DNA from: an uncultured Planctomycetota bacterium
GTDB taxonomy: Bacteria; Planctomycetota; PLA2; JAEUHO01
Reading direction: 5' to 3'
DNA length: 64,000 nt
NCBI GenBank assembly: GCA_963752285.1
Contig: CAVVXN010000005.1
Location: 1,792,001 to 1,856,000 of the forward strand
Part shown: positions 29,394 through 39,436 of the stretch, piece by piece
Numbering within the stretch: position 1 is the first letter of the stretch
How the letters are laid out: each line of letters opens with the position of its first letter
Notes under the pieces: model-generated
The model's database searches: none
What the model was told of the DNA's origin: nothing
Seen by the model: only the letters and a program-made list of their open reading frames with translations
Made by a program: the position numbers and the translations under genes

Positions 29394-30392
29394 ATGCGGA
29401 CCACCGCGCTCCTGACCGCAGCGCTTCTCGGTGTCTCGTTCGGCGTCGCGAACCCGGCGCTCTCTGCGCCCGGCGTCGGCGACGCCGCGCCGGCGTTCGA
29501 CGGGAAGGGCTATCACAACACCCCGCCGATCTCGATGTCGGACCTGAAGGGGCGCGTGATCCTCCTCGAGATCTTTCGAACCTGGTGAGGCCCCTGCAAG
29601 GGTCAGGTCGGGCACCTGAACGAGCTTCACGAGCGCTACGCAGAGAAGGGCCTCACGGTCCTCGCGATCTCCAACGAGGACGAGGAGAAGGTGGACGAGT
29701 TCGTCTCGAGCCTCTCTCCCGCCTACCCGATCGTCGTCGAGTCCTCCGACAGCCAGACGCTCTACGGCGTGAACGGATTCCCGTCGTCGGTCCTGATCGG
29801 CCCCGACGGGAAGATCGCCTGGTCGGGCCACCCGGCCAAGGTCTCCGAGGACCAGATCGAGGAGCTCCTCCGCGACGTCGAGCTGTTCCCCGACCTCCCC
29901 TCGAAGCTCGTCCCGATCCGGCGGTCGATCGAGAAGGGCCGGTACGAGGAGGCCCGGGTCGCGCTCGAGAAGGCGCGTGACGCGGCCGCGTCGGACGAGA
30001 CCGAGTCCAAGTGGGTCGAGAAGCTCGGCGCCTGGCTCGCGTGGTACCGGACGTCGGCGGTGGACCGCGCCACGAAGGCGACGGACCGCGGCGACTTCTA
30101 CGTGGCTTGGAAGACGTGGCTCGACGTCGAGAAGTCCTGGAAGGGCTCGGACCTCGAGAAGGAGGCCGAGGAGAAGGTGAAGGACCTTCTCGGCGACAAG
30201 GACCACAAGAACGAGATCGAGGCGGGGAAGAAGCTCGCCGAGATCAAGGACCGCATCCGAGGCGAGAGCCCGAAGAAGGCGATCAAGCAGCTCGAGCGGA
30301 TGTCGAGCAAGCGGTACGACGGGACGCTCGCCGCGAAGCAGGCGCAGGAGCTGATCGAGACGTACCAGAAGGAGATCGAGGCGCTGAAGTAG
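29394..30392 (+). CDS. Exported TlpA/ResA-like thioredoxin-fold selenoprotein (UxxC) with helical C-terminal domain, 332 aa
   Basis: ORFs 29394..29588 and 29691..30392 share a frame and are joined by one TGA: LKGRVILLEIFRTW-U-GPCKGQVGHLNELHERY...GFPSSVLIGPDGKI. N-terminal signal peptide; hairpin downstream of the TGA. Confidence 0.88.
29603..29619 (+). other. Putative bacterial SECIS element
   Basis: TCAGGT-CGGGC-ACCTGA: perfect 6-bp stem with a G-rich loop, starting 15 nt after the in-frame TGA (29586-29588). Confidence 0.7.
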
Positions 30393-30404
30393 CGCCCAGA
30401 TCCC

Positions 30405-32113
30405 TCAGACCCGTCGTCCCGCGCGCTCCGGGGCCTCTTTCACGTGGAGGTCCAGCTGCGGGAACGGGATCGAGATCCCGTGCCGGCGGAGCGTCTCGAA
30501 GATCGCGTACCTCAGGTCCGACGCCACCGCGAAGCGGGAGGTCAGGCGCGGGGTGTAGCACAGCAGCGTGAAGTCGATCGACGACGCGCCGAAGTTCATG
30601 AACCACACGGTGGGCTCGGGATCCGCCAGGACATCGGAGTGCTGGGTCGCGACCTCCAGGAGCAGATCACGCACGCGCCGCGGGTCCTCGCCGTAGTCCA
30701 CACCCACCTCGATCTTCAGGCGCGTGTGGCCCATGCCGTACGAGAGGTTCGTGACGCGCTCGCCGAGCATCTGGCGGTTCGGGATCGTTACGCTCGTGTT
30801 CTCGTACGTGCGGATCACGGTTCCCCGCATACGGATGTCCTCGACCCGCCCCGTCGTCTCCCCCACCTGGACCGTGTCGCCGACGCGGATCGGACGCTCG
30901 ACCAGCATGATCAGACCGCTGAAGAAGTTGCCGATCACGTCCTGCAGACCGAGTCCGATGCCGACGCCGGCCGCGCCGAAGAACCAGCCGAGCGACCCGG
31001 TCTCGATGCCCACCGCTCCCAGCGCGAGCACGAACGCCAGAGCGATCACGGTGTAGCGGAGCACGGCGAGGATCGCGTACCGCGCCCCGATCTCGAGCCG
31101 AGTCCGCGGGAACACGAAGAACGTCAGGGTCTGACGCACCAGCCAGCCGGCCGCGAGCGCGAGCACGACCTGCAGGATCCCCCCCCCACGCGTCCCCAGG
31201 TCGGCCAGCCGGAGATCCCGAAGAGCGGGGTCGAGAGCGCGTGCGCCACGTCCGAGGGGCCGATCTCCCAGCCCGCCAGGACCCAGGCGACCGCCCCGAG
31301 TACCACGAGGATCCGAAGCGCCACCTCGAGGATTCGCTCCAGCCCGAGCAGCACCGGGTCGGGTTGGAGCTCGCCGCCCGCGGCCGCGCTCGCCACGCCG
31401 GCGGGCGCCTCGTCGCCGCGCAGGTACCCGATCGAGTTGACGAGCGCGGCGCGGAGGTAGTGGTACGCGATCACGGCGACCACCAGCTGTACGCCCGTGG
31501 CCACCAGGTTCGACGCGACGAAGTGGGCGAGCGGCACGTAGCCGAGCCCCTCCACCACGACGAGGAGCAGCCCCGCCAGGATCAGGAGCGGCACGAGGAG
31601 CCGCCCCGCGAACCGGCCGATGAGGCCCCAGAAGCGGTGTCCCTGCCGGTTCCTGAGCCACGCGAAGAGACCGGTGGAGGCGACGAGCGCGGCGATCCCG
31701 ATCACGAAGAGGGCGCTCTCGAGGACCCCGAGGGCGGCGACGACCGACGGTCGCCACGCGTTCTCCGTGACGAGCCAGCGGCCGATCTCGCTCACGAAGA
31801 GGAGGAAGAGGAACAACCGGAGCCCGGCCGCGAGGGAGCGTGCCTTCGCGTCACGGAGCGGGAGGATCCGGAGCGCCGGACGCGTCGGAGACAGCACCTC
31901 CATCAGGAGGCTCCGCGCGAGGCCGTACGCCAGGAACGCGAGGCCCGCGACGAGCGCCTGCCGGCGGATCCCCTCGGTCGCGCCGAGCAGGCGAGGGATC
32001 GACGCCGCGAGGAGTGCGGTCGCCAGGTGCGGCAGGATCCGCCAGAGGATCCGGGCGAGCCGGATCCGGGGCACGAGGAGGATCCGGCGGCGCGCGCCGA
32101 GATCGGACGTCAC
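30405..32113 (-). CDS. Large multi-TM mechanosensitive channel (MscS family), frameshifted at a G9 tract (31179-31187)
   Basis: TM-rich ORF 31124..32113 continues in another frame into the MscS core (GIGLGLQDVIGNFFSG, ERPIRVGD, IPFPQ). One extra G restores WGRVGGGILQVV. Confidence 0.85.
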
Positions 32114-34908
32114 GACGGGTCCCTCCGCGACGAGGTGGCCCGCTCGGCGGCGGCCTCGGACGGAGCCGCGGGACGGACGTCGCCGCCATCGATCTCCGGA
32201 TGCGCCTCGGCGAGGTCCGCCGGGGGGGGCTCCACCTCACCGGGGCTCGCGGCGGGATCGGTGGGATCGGAGGTCTCGGAGGTCTCGGAGGTCTCCACCC
32301 CCACCGCCGGGCCGTCCGCCTCTTCCGGACCGGACTCGGGTGCCTCGGGCTCCTCGGACGCCGGCTGGACGCCCTGGAGCCGCTCCTCCGCCGTGGCCTT
32401 CGCCTGGGCCTCCTGCTCCTTGCGCGCCTTCTCCTGGATACGTTCGCTCGACACGCCGGCACCCGACCACCTGAGGTGCTGGATCCGCGCCGCGCGGTCC
32501 TCGATCCAACGGTCGATGCGACGGCGCCCGAACGCCACGACGAGCGCGAGGAGGACCACCGCGGCGATCGACAGGACGACGGAGACGAGATGCGCCCCCA
32601 CCCATCCCGAGAGCGACGGGTCGCCGTTTCCCCCGAGGAACCGCGCGGCCTCGGCCACGCCGCCGGCGGTGTCCTCGATCGCACCGACGAGGTCCGCCGG
32701 GTCCATCTCGTCGTGGTATCGGATCGAGAGGCTTCGCGTGCCCTGGTGGAGGAGGAGCTTCTGGTACGCGCGCGTCGCCTGGAGGAGGTCGCGGTAGCGC
32801 GCCCGGATCCCCTCGATCGCCTCCATCGCCTGGGAGAAGTCCTTGCGAAGCGCCTCCACGCGTTCGGGCAGTCGGTAGGCCGCGTACCAGGGATCGGCCG
32901 CCGCGAGCGCGCCGAGCGCGGCGTCGGCCTTCTGCCCCGCCACGTCGAACCGGTCCCGGAGCGCCTGGTCGCCCTCCGTCGCCGTGAGCGCCGCCTCGAG
33001 CCGCCGGATCTGCTGGGTCGCCACCTCGTAGTGGAGGGCCACCTCGTCCGCCCCGAACGCGGAGTAGAGCTCCGGGTCCTCGAGCGCGCGACGCGCGGTC
33101 TGGATCAGCCCGAGGTCCCACCGGTAGGCGCGCGGGTCCCGGACCGAGGGCGAGAGCTCGCGCCGGGGCGCGGCGACGGTCTCGCCCTCGGCGCCGCTCT
33201 TCGTCTCGGTCGTCGCGGGAGCCGCCTCGGACGACTTCGAACCCGCGGCCGTGGTGGCGGCCTCGGACAGGGTCCGACGTCGTTTCACGGCCTCCTCGAC
33301 GACCGCGCTCAAGTCGAGCACCGCCTGGCGAGCCGTGATGCGCAGCGCGCCGGGCGAGCCCGGTTTGGGATGGCGCGCCTCCTCACGGCGGATGTCCTCG
33401 CGGAGCTGGAGCGCGTCGAACTGGAGTCGCCCCAGCTGCCGCTGGTTCCGCAGGTCCTGGAGGCGCGCGGCGAATGCCCGGCTCTTCGCCTCTGCGGCCT
33501 CGGCTTCCTTCTTCTCGATCTCCAGGAGGCTGTCGAGGAGCTGCCGGCGTTCGTCCGCACGGAGCACGGTGTGGGAGATCATCCTGAGGTCGAGCGACGC
33601 GAGGGACTCCTGCGCCTCCAGGACGCGCAACGCGAGGCTGCGGCTGGGCGCCGTGCCCTCCGGGGCGCCCTCGCGCGACTTCTGCTCCTCGATCTTCGTG
33701 GAGAAGTACGCGGCGAGGCTTCGCCAGTGCCCGACCTCGACGGCGATGCGGTCGAGGAGGTCGAGGACCGACTGGCGCTCCGCAGCGCGCCGGTCGGCCT
33801 GCTCCCGGTAGCGCTGCGCGCGCACGGACTTCTCCCGGACGGTCGTCTCGTCGAGGATGCCGGTGGTCGGGTCCTCCGCGTCGATCGCCTTCAGACGCTG
33901 GTCGGCCTGCTCGCGCCGCAGCCACAGGAACGGCCGGTTGTAGGCGAAGGGATCCGGCTCGACGATCACGAACCGCTGGAGCGTGCTGAGGTCGTCCGGC
34001 GCGTCCTTCGCGTACTGCGGCGCCCGTTTCGCGAGGTTCAAGAGGTCCGTCACCTGCTCCTGGCACTCGAGCGGGAGGATCTGCTTGTTCCGGAGCGTCC
34101 CCTTCTCGTGAACGAGCACCCACTTCTTCCACGCGTCGGGGTCGCCCGCGGTCTCGGGCGGTGGGGTCAAGGACGTGGCGTCGCCGACGGCCGGCGCCTC
34201 GGCGGGCGCCGGCGAGAGCGGGTCGATGGGCGCCGCCGGCGGCTTCGTGTCCCCGCCCGGCGCCCGCGGAACCGGCGCGGGCGCGGCCGGCGGGGGCCCC
34301 GCGGGCGCGGGGCCGCTCGCTCCGGGCGCCTCGCTCGGGGCGGTCGTCGAAGGGGCGGGCGTCGAAGGGGCGGGCGCCGTTCCGGGCACCGGCGCGGCGG
34401 CCGTCGGTGCCGGGACCGGCGCGGGCGGGTTCGCCTCGTATGGGTACGGGACGACCGGACCGGAGGGCTCCCCCCGCTTCAGGACCTGGACGCCGACGCC
34501 GCAACGCTCCTCGCCCTTGAGCCAGCGAAGGAGGAGGTCCGCCTCGACGAGCGCCCCCTGCTGCGCCACGTCGGAGGAATCGGCGTCGTCGTCGTCGGTC
34601 GCTCCGAGGAAGAGCTTCCGCTCCTCGAGCGTCTGGCGGAGGGTGTCGTAGAGCGCCTCCTCCTCGGGCTTCGGATCGTAGGCCGTGTAGAAGTTCCCGT
34701 CGTCCCGGAGCGTCTTCCTCAAGCCGACCAGGGCGCCGGACTGGAGGTTCCCGGTCCCGATCGCCTGCCGCGCGTCCTCGATCAGCTGCTGGCGGGCGAA
34801 GGCACGGCCCTCCTCGTCCGTGTCCCCGCACGCGGGACGCCCCGGCGCGAGCCCGAGCCCCACCCACGCGAGGAGGAGAACGATCGTGAGCCGCCGCGTC
34901 CGAGACAC
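32110..34908 (-). CDS. Large exported helical/coiled-coil protein with one C-proximal TM segment, coupled to the MscS gene
   Basis: Signal-like N-terminus (RRLTIVLLLAWVGLGLA), Pro/Ala linker, long helical body, TM segment HLVSVVLSIAAVVLLALVVAF, acidic tail. Stop overlaps the next GTG. Start approximate. Confidence 0.7.
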   Translation of the reverse strand: MSRTRRLTIVLLLAWVGLGLAPGRPACGDTDEEGRAFARQQLIEDARQAIGTGNLQSGALVGLRKTLRDDGNFYTAYDPKPEEEALYDTLRQTLEERKLFLGATDDDDADSSDVAQQGALVEADLLLRWLKGEERCGVGVQVLKRGEPSGPVVPYPYEANPPAPVPAPTAAAPVPGTAPAPSTPAPSTTAPSEAPGASGPAPAGPPPAAPAPVPRAPGGDTKPPAAPIDPLSPAPAEAPAVGDATSLTPPPETAGDPDAWKKWVLVHEKGTLRNKQILPLECQEQVTDLLNLAKRAPQYAKDAPDDLSTLQRFVIVEPDPFAYNRPFLWLRREQADQRLKAIDAEDPTTGILDETTVREKSVRAQRYREQADRRAAERQSVLDLLDRIAVEVGHWRSLAAYFSTKIEEQKSREGAPEGTAPSRSLALRVLEAQESLASLDLRMISHTVLRADERRQLLDSLLEIEKKEAEAAEAKSRAFAARLQDLRNQRQLGRLQFDALQLREDIRREEARHPKPGSPGALRITARQAVLDLSAVVEEAVKRRRTLSEAATTAAGSKSSEAAPATTETKSGAEGETVAAPRRELSPSVRDPRAYRWDLGLIQTARRALEDPELYSAFGADEVALHYEVATQQIRRLEAALTATEGDQALRDRFDVAGQKADAALGALAAADPWYAAYRLPERVEALRKDFSQAMEAIEGIRARYRDLLQATRAYQKLLLHQGTRSLSIRYHDEMDPADLVGAIEDTAGGVAEAARFLGGNGDPSLSGWVGAHLVSVVLSIAAVVLLALVVAFGRRRIDRWIEDRAARIQHLRWSGAGVSSERIQEKARKEQEAQAKATAEERLQGVQPASEEPEAPESGPEEADGPAVGVETSETSETSDPTDPAASPGEVEPPPADLAEAHPEIDGGDVRPAAPSEAAAERATSSRRDPS

Positions 34909-34961
34909 GCGGCCCAGTCTACGGGGGCCGGGACCGCCCCTCCCGTCGTGGCCGCCGTCCC

Positions 34962-35912
34962 TCACAGCCAGCCCCGCCGCCGGAACCAGAGCAGCATGAG
35001 GGACGAGAGCCCGAGCATCCCCAGGAGGGTCGTCCAGAACCCGAGTGGGTCGTGGAGCCCCGGGATCGCGTCGAAGTTCATGCCGAAGATGCCCGCGACG
35101 ACCCCGAGCGGCATCATGATCGTCGCGATCACCGTGAGGATGCGCATGGTCTCGGAGAGACGCGTGTTCTGGGACGAGAAGTAGGCGTCACGCGCGCCAC
35201 CGACGCCCTCGCGGACGCCCTCCAGGAGGTCGTAGATCCGAAGGCAGTGGTCATACGCGTCCCGAAAGTACGGCAGGATCTTCTTCGAGAGGACGCGGTG
35301 CTCGGTGCGGCTGAGGGAGAGGCACACGTCGCGCTGGCTGCGCATGGTCCGCAGGAGGTACGAGACGTCGCTCCTCAGCGAGAGGATGTCCACGAGCACC
35401 TCCGGCCGCGCCGCCTCGATCGCCGCGCCCTCGAGCCGCTCGCACTCGTCGATCTCGTCGTCCACGCGCCGCTCGAAGGCATCCATCGTGTGATCGAGGA
35501 GCGCGTGGCCGATCCGCTCCGGCGCGCCGAGGAAACGCACGGGCTCCTTCAGGACGCGCGACTCCACCTCGTCGGCGCAGACGAGCTCGGCCCGGAAGAC
35601 GCTCACGACCCATGTCTTGCCGAGGAAGACCGCGACCTTCCGCGTGGTCCCGTCGTCGTCCATCTGGGGCGAGTGCGCGATCCAGAACAGATGGTCCTCG
35701 AAGTCCTCGATCTTGGGCGGGTGCCCGGGGTTCAGCGCGTCCTCCATCGCCAGCTCGTGGAGCGGCAGGAGATCGGCGAGCGTCTTCTGCTCGACCGCGT
35801 CGGGGGCGACCACCATGAACCAGACGCGCTCGTCCCCCCGGGGCATCCGGACGGAGCCCGCCCCGTACTCGGTCACGACACCCCCGTCCACGAGCCGATG
35901 CGTGCGGATCAA
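34962..35912 (-). CDS. corA: CorA-family Mg2+/Co2+ transporter
   Basis: LHELAMED, HPPKIE, YFRDAYDH, GIFGMNF plus two C-terminal TM helices. Confidence 0.92.
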   Translation of the reverse strand: MIRTHRLVDGGVVTEYGAGSVRMPRGDERVWFMVVAPDAVEQKTLADLLPLHELAMEDALNPGHPPKIEDFEDHLFWIAHSPQMDDDGTTRKVAVFLGKTWVVSVFRAELVCADEVESRVLKEPVRFLGAPERIGHALLDHTMDAFERRVDDEIDECERLEGAAIEAARPEVLVDILSLRSDVSYLLRTMRSQRDVCLSLSRTEHRVLSKKILPYFRDAYDHCLRIYDLLEGVREGVGGARDAYFSSQNTRLSETMRILTVIATIMMPLGVVAGIFGMNFDAIPGLHDPLGFWTTLLGMLGLSSLMLLWFRRRGWL

Positions 35913-36012
35913 GTACCCTCCCGGGGGCCGATTGTAGCCCTCGGGACCGCGCCCGAGGGACCGCGCCGGCGGCCTCGCCGGCTACACTCGCCCCACCCGC
36001 CATGGACCGCGC

Positions 36013-36088
36013 GGGGGCGTAGCTCAAGTGGTAGAGCAGCGGCCTTTTAAGCCGTAGGTTCAGGGTTCGATTCCCTGCGCCCCCACCA
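36013..36088 (+). tRNA. tRNA-Lys (UUU)
   Basis: GGGGGCG/CGCCCCC acceptor stem, anticodon loop CTTTTAA, GGTTCGATTCC T-arm, encoded CCA, 76 nt. Confidence 0.96.
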
Positions 36089-36522
36089 CCTCTTCTCGCC
36101 CCAACCTGCGGCTCGCCCCGCGCGTGCGGAGGATCCACGTCCCCGCCCCCCCGGTAGGGCCGGTCGCGGTTCGAGAGAAGCGTCACGCCGCACCTCGGAG
36201 GCGAAGTGGCCGCCCGGGTCCGCCGGCTCGACGCCTCGTCCCATCTACGGCCGGGACCGGGAGCCGTACGCCTCGTACCGGGAGACCCGGTGTCGTGGGA
36301 ACGGCTTCCCCGAGGGTACGCGGAACGCCTCGTACTCGGCCTGCGGCGCGTCGTTCGCGCCCGCGAGCTCAAGGGGCATCCCGGCGCCGCGTGCCCGTGC
36401 GGCGCTCCTCCTCGTCCGACCGGGGCGGGACGGCCTCTTGGGGCGAGGGCGATTCAGGCAGAGACTGGGGCCGCGGGGGACGTGTCGTCCCGTCTCGCCT
36501 CCGGACCGCGGGCGCCCTCCGG

Positions 36523-36990
36523 GAAGCCGAGATCGATCTCCGGAGGCTCGCCCGTGCCGACCTCGCCCCGTTCCACGGCGGGGTCCGCCAGACGCACGTC
36601 GTCGCGAACGACGGTCCCGGCCGGTGACCGCGCCGGGCGGAGGTCGATGCCGGGTACGGGACACTCGTGGCCGGACGGGCCCCCCCGCCGGCGAGCGTCG
36701 GCGGGCGCTTCGCGGCGCCGGCGGCCCCGGCACGGACGCGCCGCATCCGCGACGGCGAAGCGACCCCACGCGCGATCGACGTCGAGGACGCGTCCCACGG
36801 CATGGACCTCGTCCCCGGCGAGGCCTCGCCTCCGGGACGCGGGCTCGGTCCCCTCCGGGTCCGTGCCTTCGGCGATCGCGTGGCGTTGGAACCCGTTCGC
36901 GGTCGCCGTCGTCGCGGACCCCGGCTCGTCGAACCCGCGCTCCGTGCGGGCGTTCGAGAAGGCCGGGTCCCGGCGGCGGCGCCGGGTCGT
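36523..36990 (+). pseudogene. Decayed GNAT acetyltransferase (AAC(6')-Ib-like fold)
   Basis: IDLRRLARADLAPFH...THV, in-frame TGA at 36625-36627, HGMDLVPGE...GRGLGP..VRAF, then a frameshift near 36887 into VVADPGSSNPRSVRAFEKAG. Confidence 0.6.
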
Positions 36991-37060
36991 GCCGGCCACG
37001 CGAGGGTGCGGCGACCTCCGGCTCCGGCGGGACCGAGCGGCGGGACGCGGGGTCGACGCC

Positions 37061-37621
37061 TCAGACCTCGAGGAGGTCCTTCGACTTCCGCTCCACGACG
37101 TCCTTCACCTTGCCCTCGTAGCGCTTCGTCAGCTCCTGGATGTCGTCCTTCAAACGCGTCGCGTCGTCCTCGGTGATCGCCCGGTCGGCGAGCAGGGCGT
37201 CCACCTGCTTGTTCGCGTCGCGCCGGATGTTCCGGATCGACACGTTCGTCTGCTCGCCGTTGTCCCTCACGACCTTCGCGAGCTGCTTCCGGCGCTCCTC
37301 CGAGAGGGGCGGCAACGTGATCCGGATCACCTTCCCGTCGTGGCTGGGGTTCAGACCCAGGTCGGAGGCCTGGATGGCCTTCTCGATCTCCTTCAGGATC
37401 GACGGGTCGTACGGCTTGATGAGGATCTGGCGAGGCTCGGGGCAGCCGATCTGCGCGAGCTGGCCCAGCGGCGTCTCGGTGTCGTAGGCCGACACCCGGA
37501 GCTTGTCCACGAGCGCGGGGCTCGCGCGACCCGACCGCATGCCCCCGAGCTCGCCGCCCAGGTGGGTCACGGCCGCGTCCATGCGCTCCTCGGCGTCGAG
37601 CAGGATCTCGTCGGCGTCCAT
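37061..37621 (-). CDS. frr: Ribosome recycling factor
   Basis: RSGRASP, LNPSHDG, PPLSEERRKQL, IRNIRRDAN. Confidence 0.96.
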   Translation of the reverse strand: MDADEILLDAEERMDAAVTHLGGELGGMRSGRASPALVDKLRVSAYDTETPLGQLAQIGCPEPRQILIKPYDPSILKEIEKAIQASDLGLNPSHDGKVIRITLPPLSEERRKQLAKVVRDNGEQTNVSIRNIRRDANKQVDALLADRAITEDDATRLKDDIQELTKRYEGKVKDVVERKSKDLLEV

Positions 37622-38355
37622 CAGCGGGTCTCCTCCACGGCGCCGACGGTCGTCCCGATGTCCTCGCCCCGGAGCACCCCGACGAGGTTCCCCGAGACGC
37701 CCATCTCGAACACGACGATCGGCAGGCGGTTCTCGATGCACATGGTGATGGCGGTCCGGTCCATCACCTCGAGCTTCAGGCGGTACACGTCCTCGAACGA
37801 GACGCGCGTGAAGCGCCGCGCGTCGGGATGGACGACCGGATCCTTGTCGTACACGCCGTCCACCTGCGTGCCCTTGAGGAGCACCTCGGCGCCGATCTCC
37901 ACGCCGCGGAGCGCCGCGGTCGTGTCGGTCGTGAAGAACGGGTGTCCCGAGCCACCGGCCAGGATCACGACCCGTCCCCGCTCGAGGTGGCGCATGCAGC
38001 GCCGGCGGATGTACGGCTCGGCGACCGTGCGGATCTCGATCGCCGAGAGCACCCGCGTCGGGATGCCCCGGCTCTCGAGCACGTCCTGGAGGGAGAGCGC
38101 GTTGATGACCGTCGCGAGCATCCCCATGTAGTCCGCCGTCGCGCGCCCGAGGCCTTGGATGCGCGTCTGGCCCCCGCGGAGGATGTTCCCCCCGCCGTTC
38201 ACCACGGCGATCTCGGCGCCGAGCTCGTAGGCGCGCGCAATCTCCTCGGCGAGCCGTCCGACGGCTTCCTCCCGGATCGTGCCGGCGCCGGGCGTCGAGA
38301 AGGCCTCTCCCGAGACCTTGAGCAGCACCCGTTTCCAGCGCAACCCGTCCGTCAC
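37621..38355 (-). CDS. pyrH: Uridylate kinase
   Basis: RVLLKVSGEA, GGGNILRG, DYMGMLAT, PFFTTDTTAALR. Confidence 0.96.
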   Translation of the reverse strand: MTDGLRWKRVLLKVSGEAFSTPGAGTIREEAVGRLAEEIARAYELGAEIAVVNGGGNILRGGQTRIQGLGRATADYMGMLATVINALSLQDVLESRGIPTRVLSAIEIRTVAEPYIRRRCMRHLERGRVVILAGGSGHPFFTTDTTAALRGVEIGAEVLLKGTQVDGVYDKDPVVHPDARRFTRVSFEDVYRLKLEVMDRTAITMCIENRLPIVVFEMGVSGNLVGVLRGEDIGTTVGAVEETR

Positions 38356-38360
38356 GCGCG

Positions 38361-39224
38361 TCAGCCTCCGAGCTGGGCGCGGTGGAACGCGACGATCCGC
38401 GCCCGCCGGGCGGCCAGCATCTGGCCCACCGTCTCCTCGTTGCCCGGGAGCGCCCAGACCTGCTCCGTGAGGACGGCCTGCTTGAAAAACGCCGCGAGCT
38501 TCCCCTCCACGACCTTCTCCACCACCTGCGGCGGCTTGCCCTTCATGCGGGGATCCCCGTTCACCTGACCGCGGATGATCTCGAGCTCGTGCGACGTCAC
38601 GCTCTCGGGCACCTCGTCGCGCGTCACGGCCGCGGGGCGGGCGAACACGATGTGCATGCAGAGCTGGCGCGCGAACGCGGCGAGCTCGGGATCGGGCTGG
38701 TCGGCGGCGAGCGACACGATCGCGCCGTGCTTCTGGTCGTGGTGCAGATAGCCGCCCACCACGCCCGGGGCGTCGGCGGCGACCTGCGCAAGCGTGACGA
38801 CCCGGATGTTCTCGTTGATCTTCGCGACGAGGTCGGTCAGCGCCTGTTCGACGGTCTCGCCGGTGCCCCCCTTCCACGGCCGGCTCATCAGGTCGTCGAC
38901 GCTGGCGGGCGACGCCTGCTCCACCTGGTCCACGAGGCGCTCGGCGAAGTCCTGGAACATGTCGAGGCGCGCGACGGGTTCGGTCTCGCATCCCAGCGCC
39001 ACGAGCGTCGCGCGCCGGTGGTCGTCGGCGACGCGGATGCGCACCAGCCCCTCCTTCGTGGTTCGGTCCGCCCGCTTCTCGACGGCCTTCGCCCCCTCCT
39101 TGCGGAGACGGTCGACGGCCTTCTCGAAATCGCCGCCCTCCGCCTCGAGCGCGCGCTTGCACTGCATCATGGGCATGCCCGTGGCGGCGCGGAGGTCCAT
39201 CACCTCCTTGGCCGTGATCGTCAT
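38361..39224 (-). CDS. tsf: Translation elongation factor Ts
   Basis: LRAATGMPMMQCKRAL, CETEPVA, KINENI, GKPPQVVEKVVEGK. Confidence 0.95.
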   Translation of the reverse strand: MTITAKEVMDLRAATGMPMMQCKRALEAEGGDFEKAVDRLRKEGAKAVEKRADRTTKEGLVRIRVADDHRRATLVALGCETEPVARLDMFQDFAERLVDQVEQASPASVDDLMSRPWKGGTGETVEQALTDLVAKINENIRVVTLAQVAADAPGVVGGYLHHDQKHGAIVSLAADQPDPELAAFARQLCMHIVFARPAAVTRDEVPESVTSHELEIIRGQVNGDPRMKGKPPQVVEKVVEGKLAAFFKQAVLTEQVWALPGNEETVGQMLAARRARIVAFHRAQLGG

Positions 39225-39436
39225 CGCAAGCAACTCCTTGCTCCCCCCGGCTCTCCTCTGGACCCGCGGCGCGCGGGCGTCGCGCGTGGCGCGACCCTCG
39301 GGTCGCGCGACGGTCCGGCGCGCCGGCGGACCGACCGCGTCCGCGCGACGGGGGCCAGGCCCCCGACACGCCCGCACGCGACCCGGCCCTGCCCGAACAT
39401 GCTCGACCCCTCGGCGGGCGCCACGAACGGGTCCGC

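Noticed and set aside
29691..30392. Independent 233-aa gene
   Set aside because: It begins mid-thioredoxin fold and is the continuation of 29394 through the UGA codon
32110..32230. Possible frameshift at the G8 run (32222-32229) fusing the large helical protein to MscS
   Set aside because: The reading frame stays natural to its stop, and the next gene has its own GGAGG and GTGA overlap, so two genes is more parsimonious
32269..32295. Short tandem repeats (GGAGGTCTC x3; also a 15-bp duplication at 34346-34375)
   Set aside because: In-frame low-complexity linker coding (ETS x3, PAPST x2); not CRISPR and no spacers
36013..37060. Integrated element or prophage at tRNA-Lys (or tRNA-Gln)
   Set aside because: No integrase and no duplicated tRNA 3' end was seen
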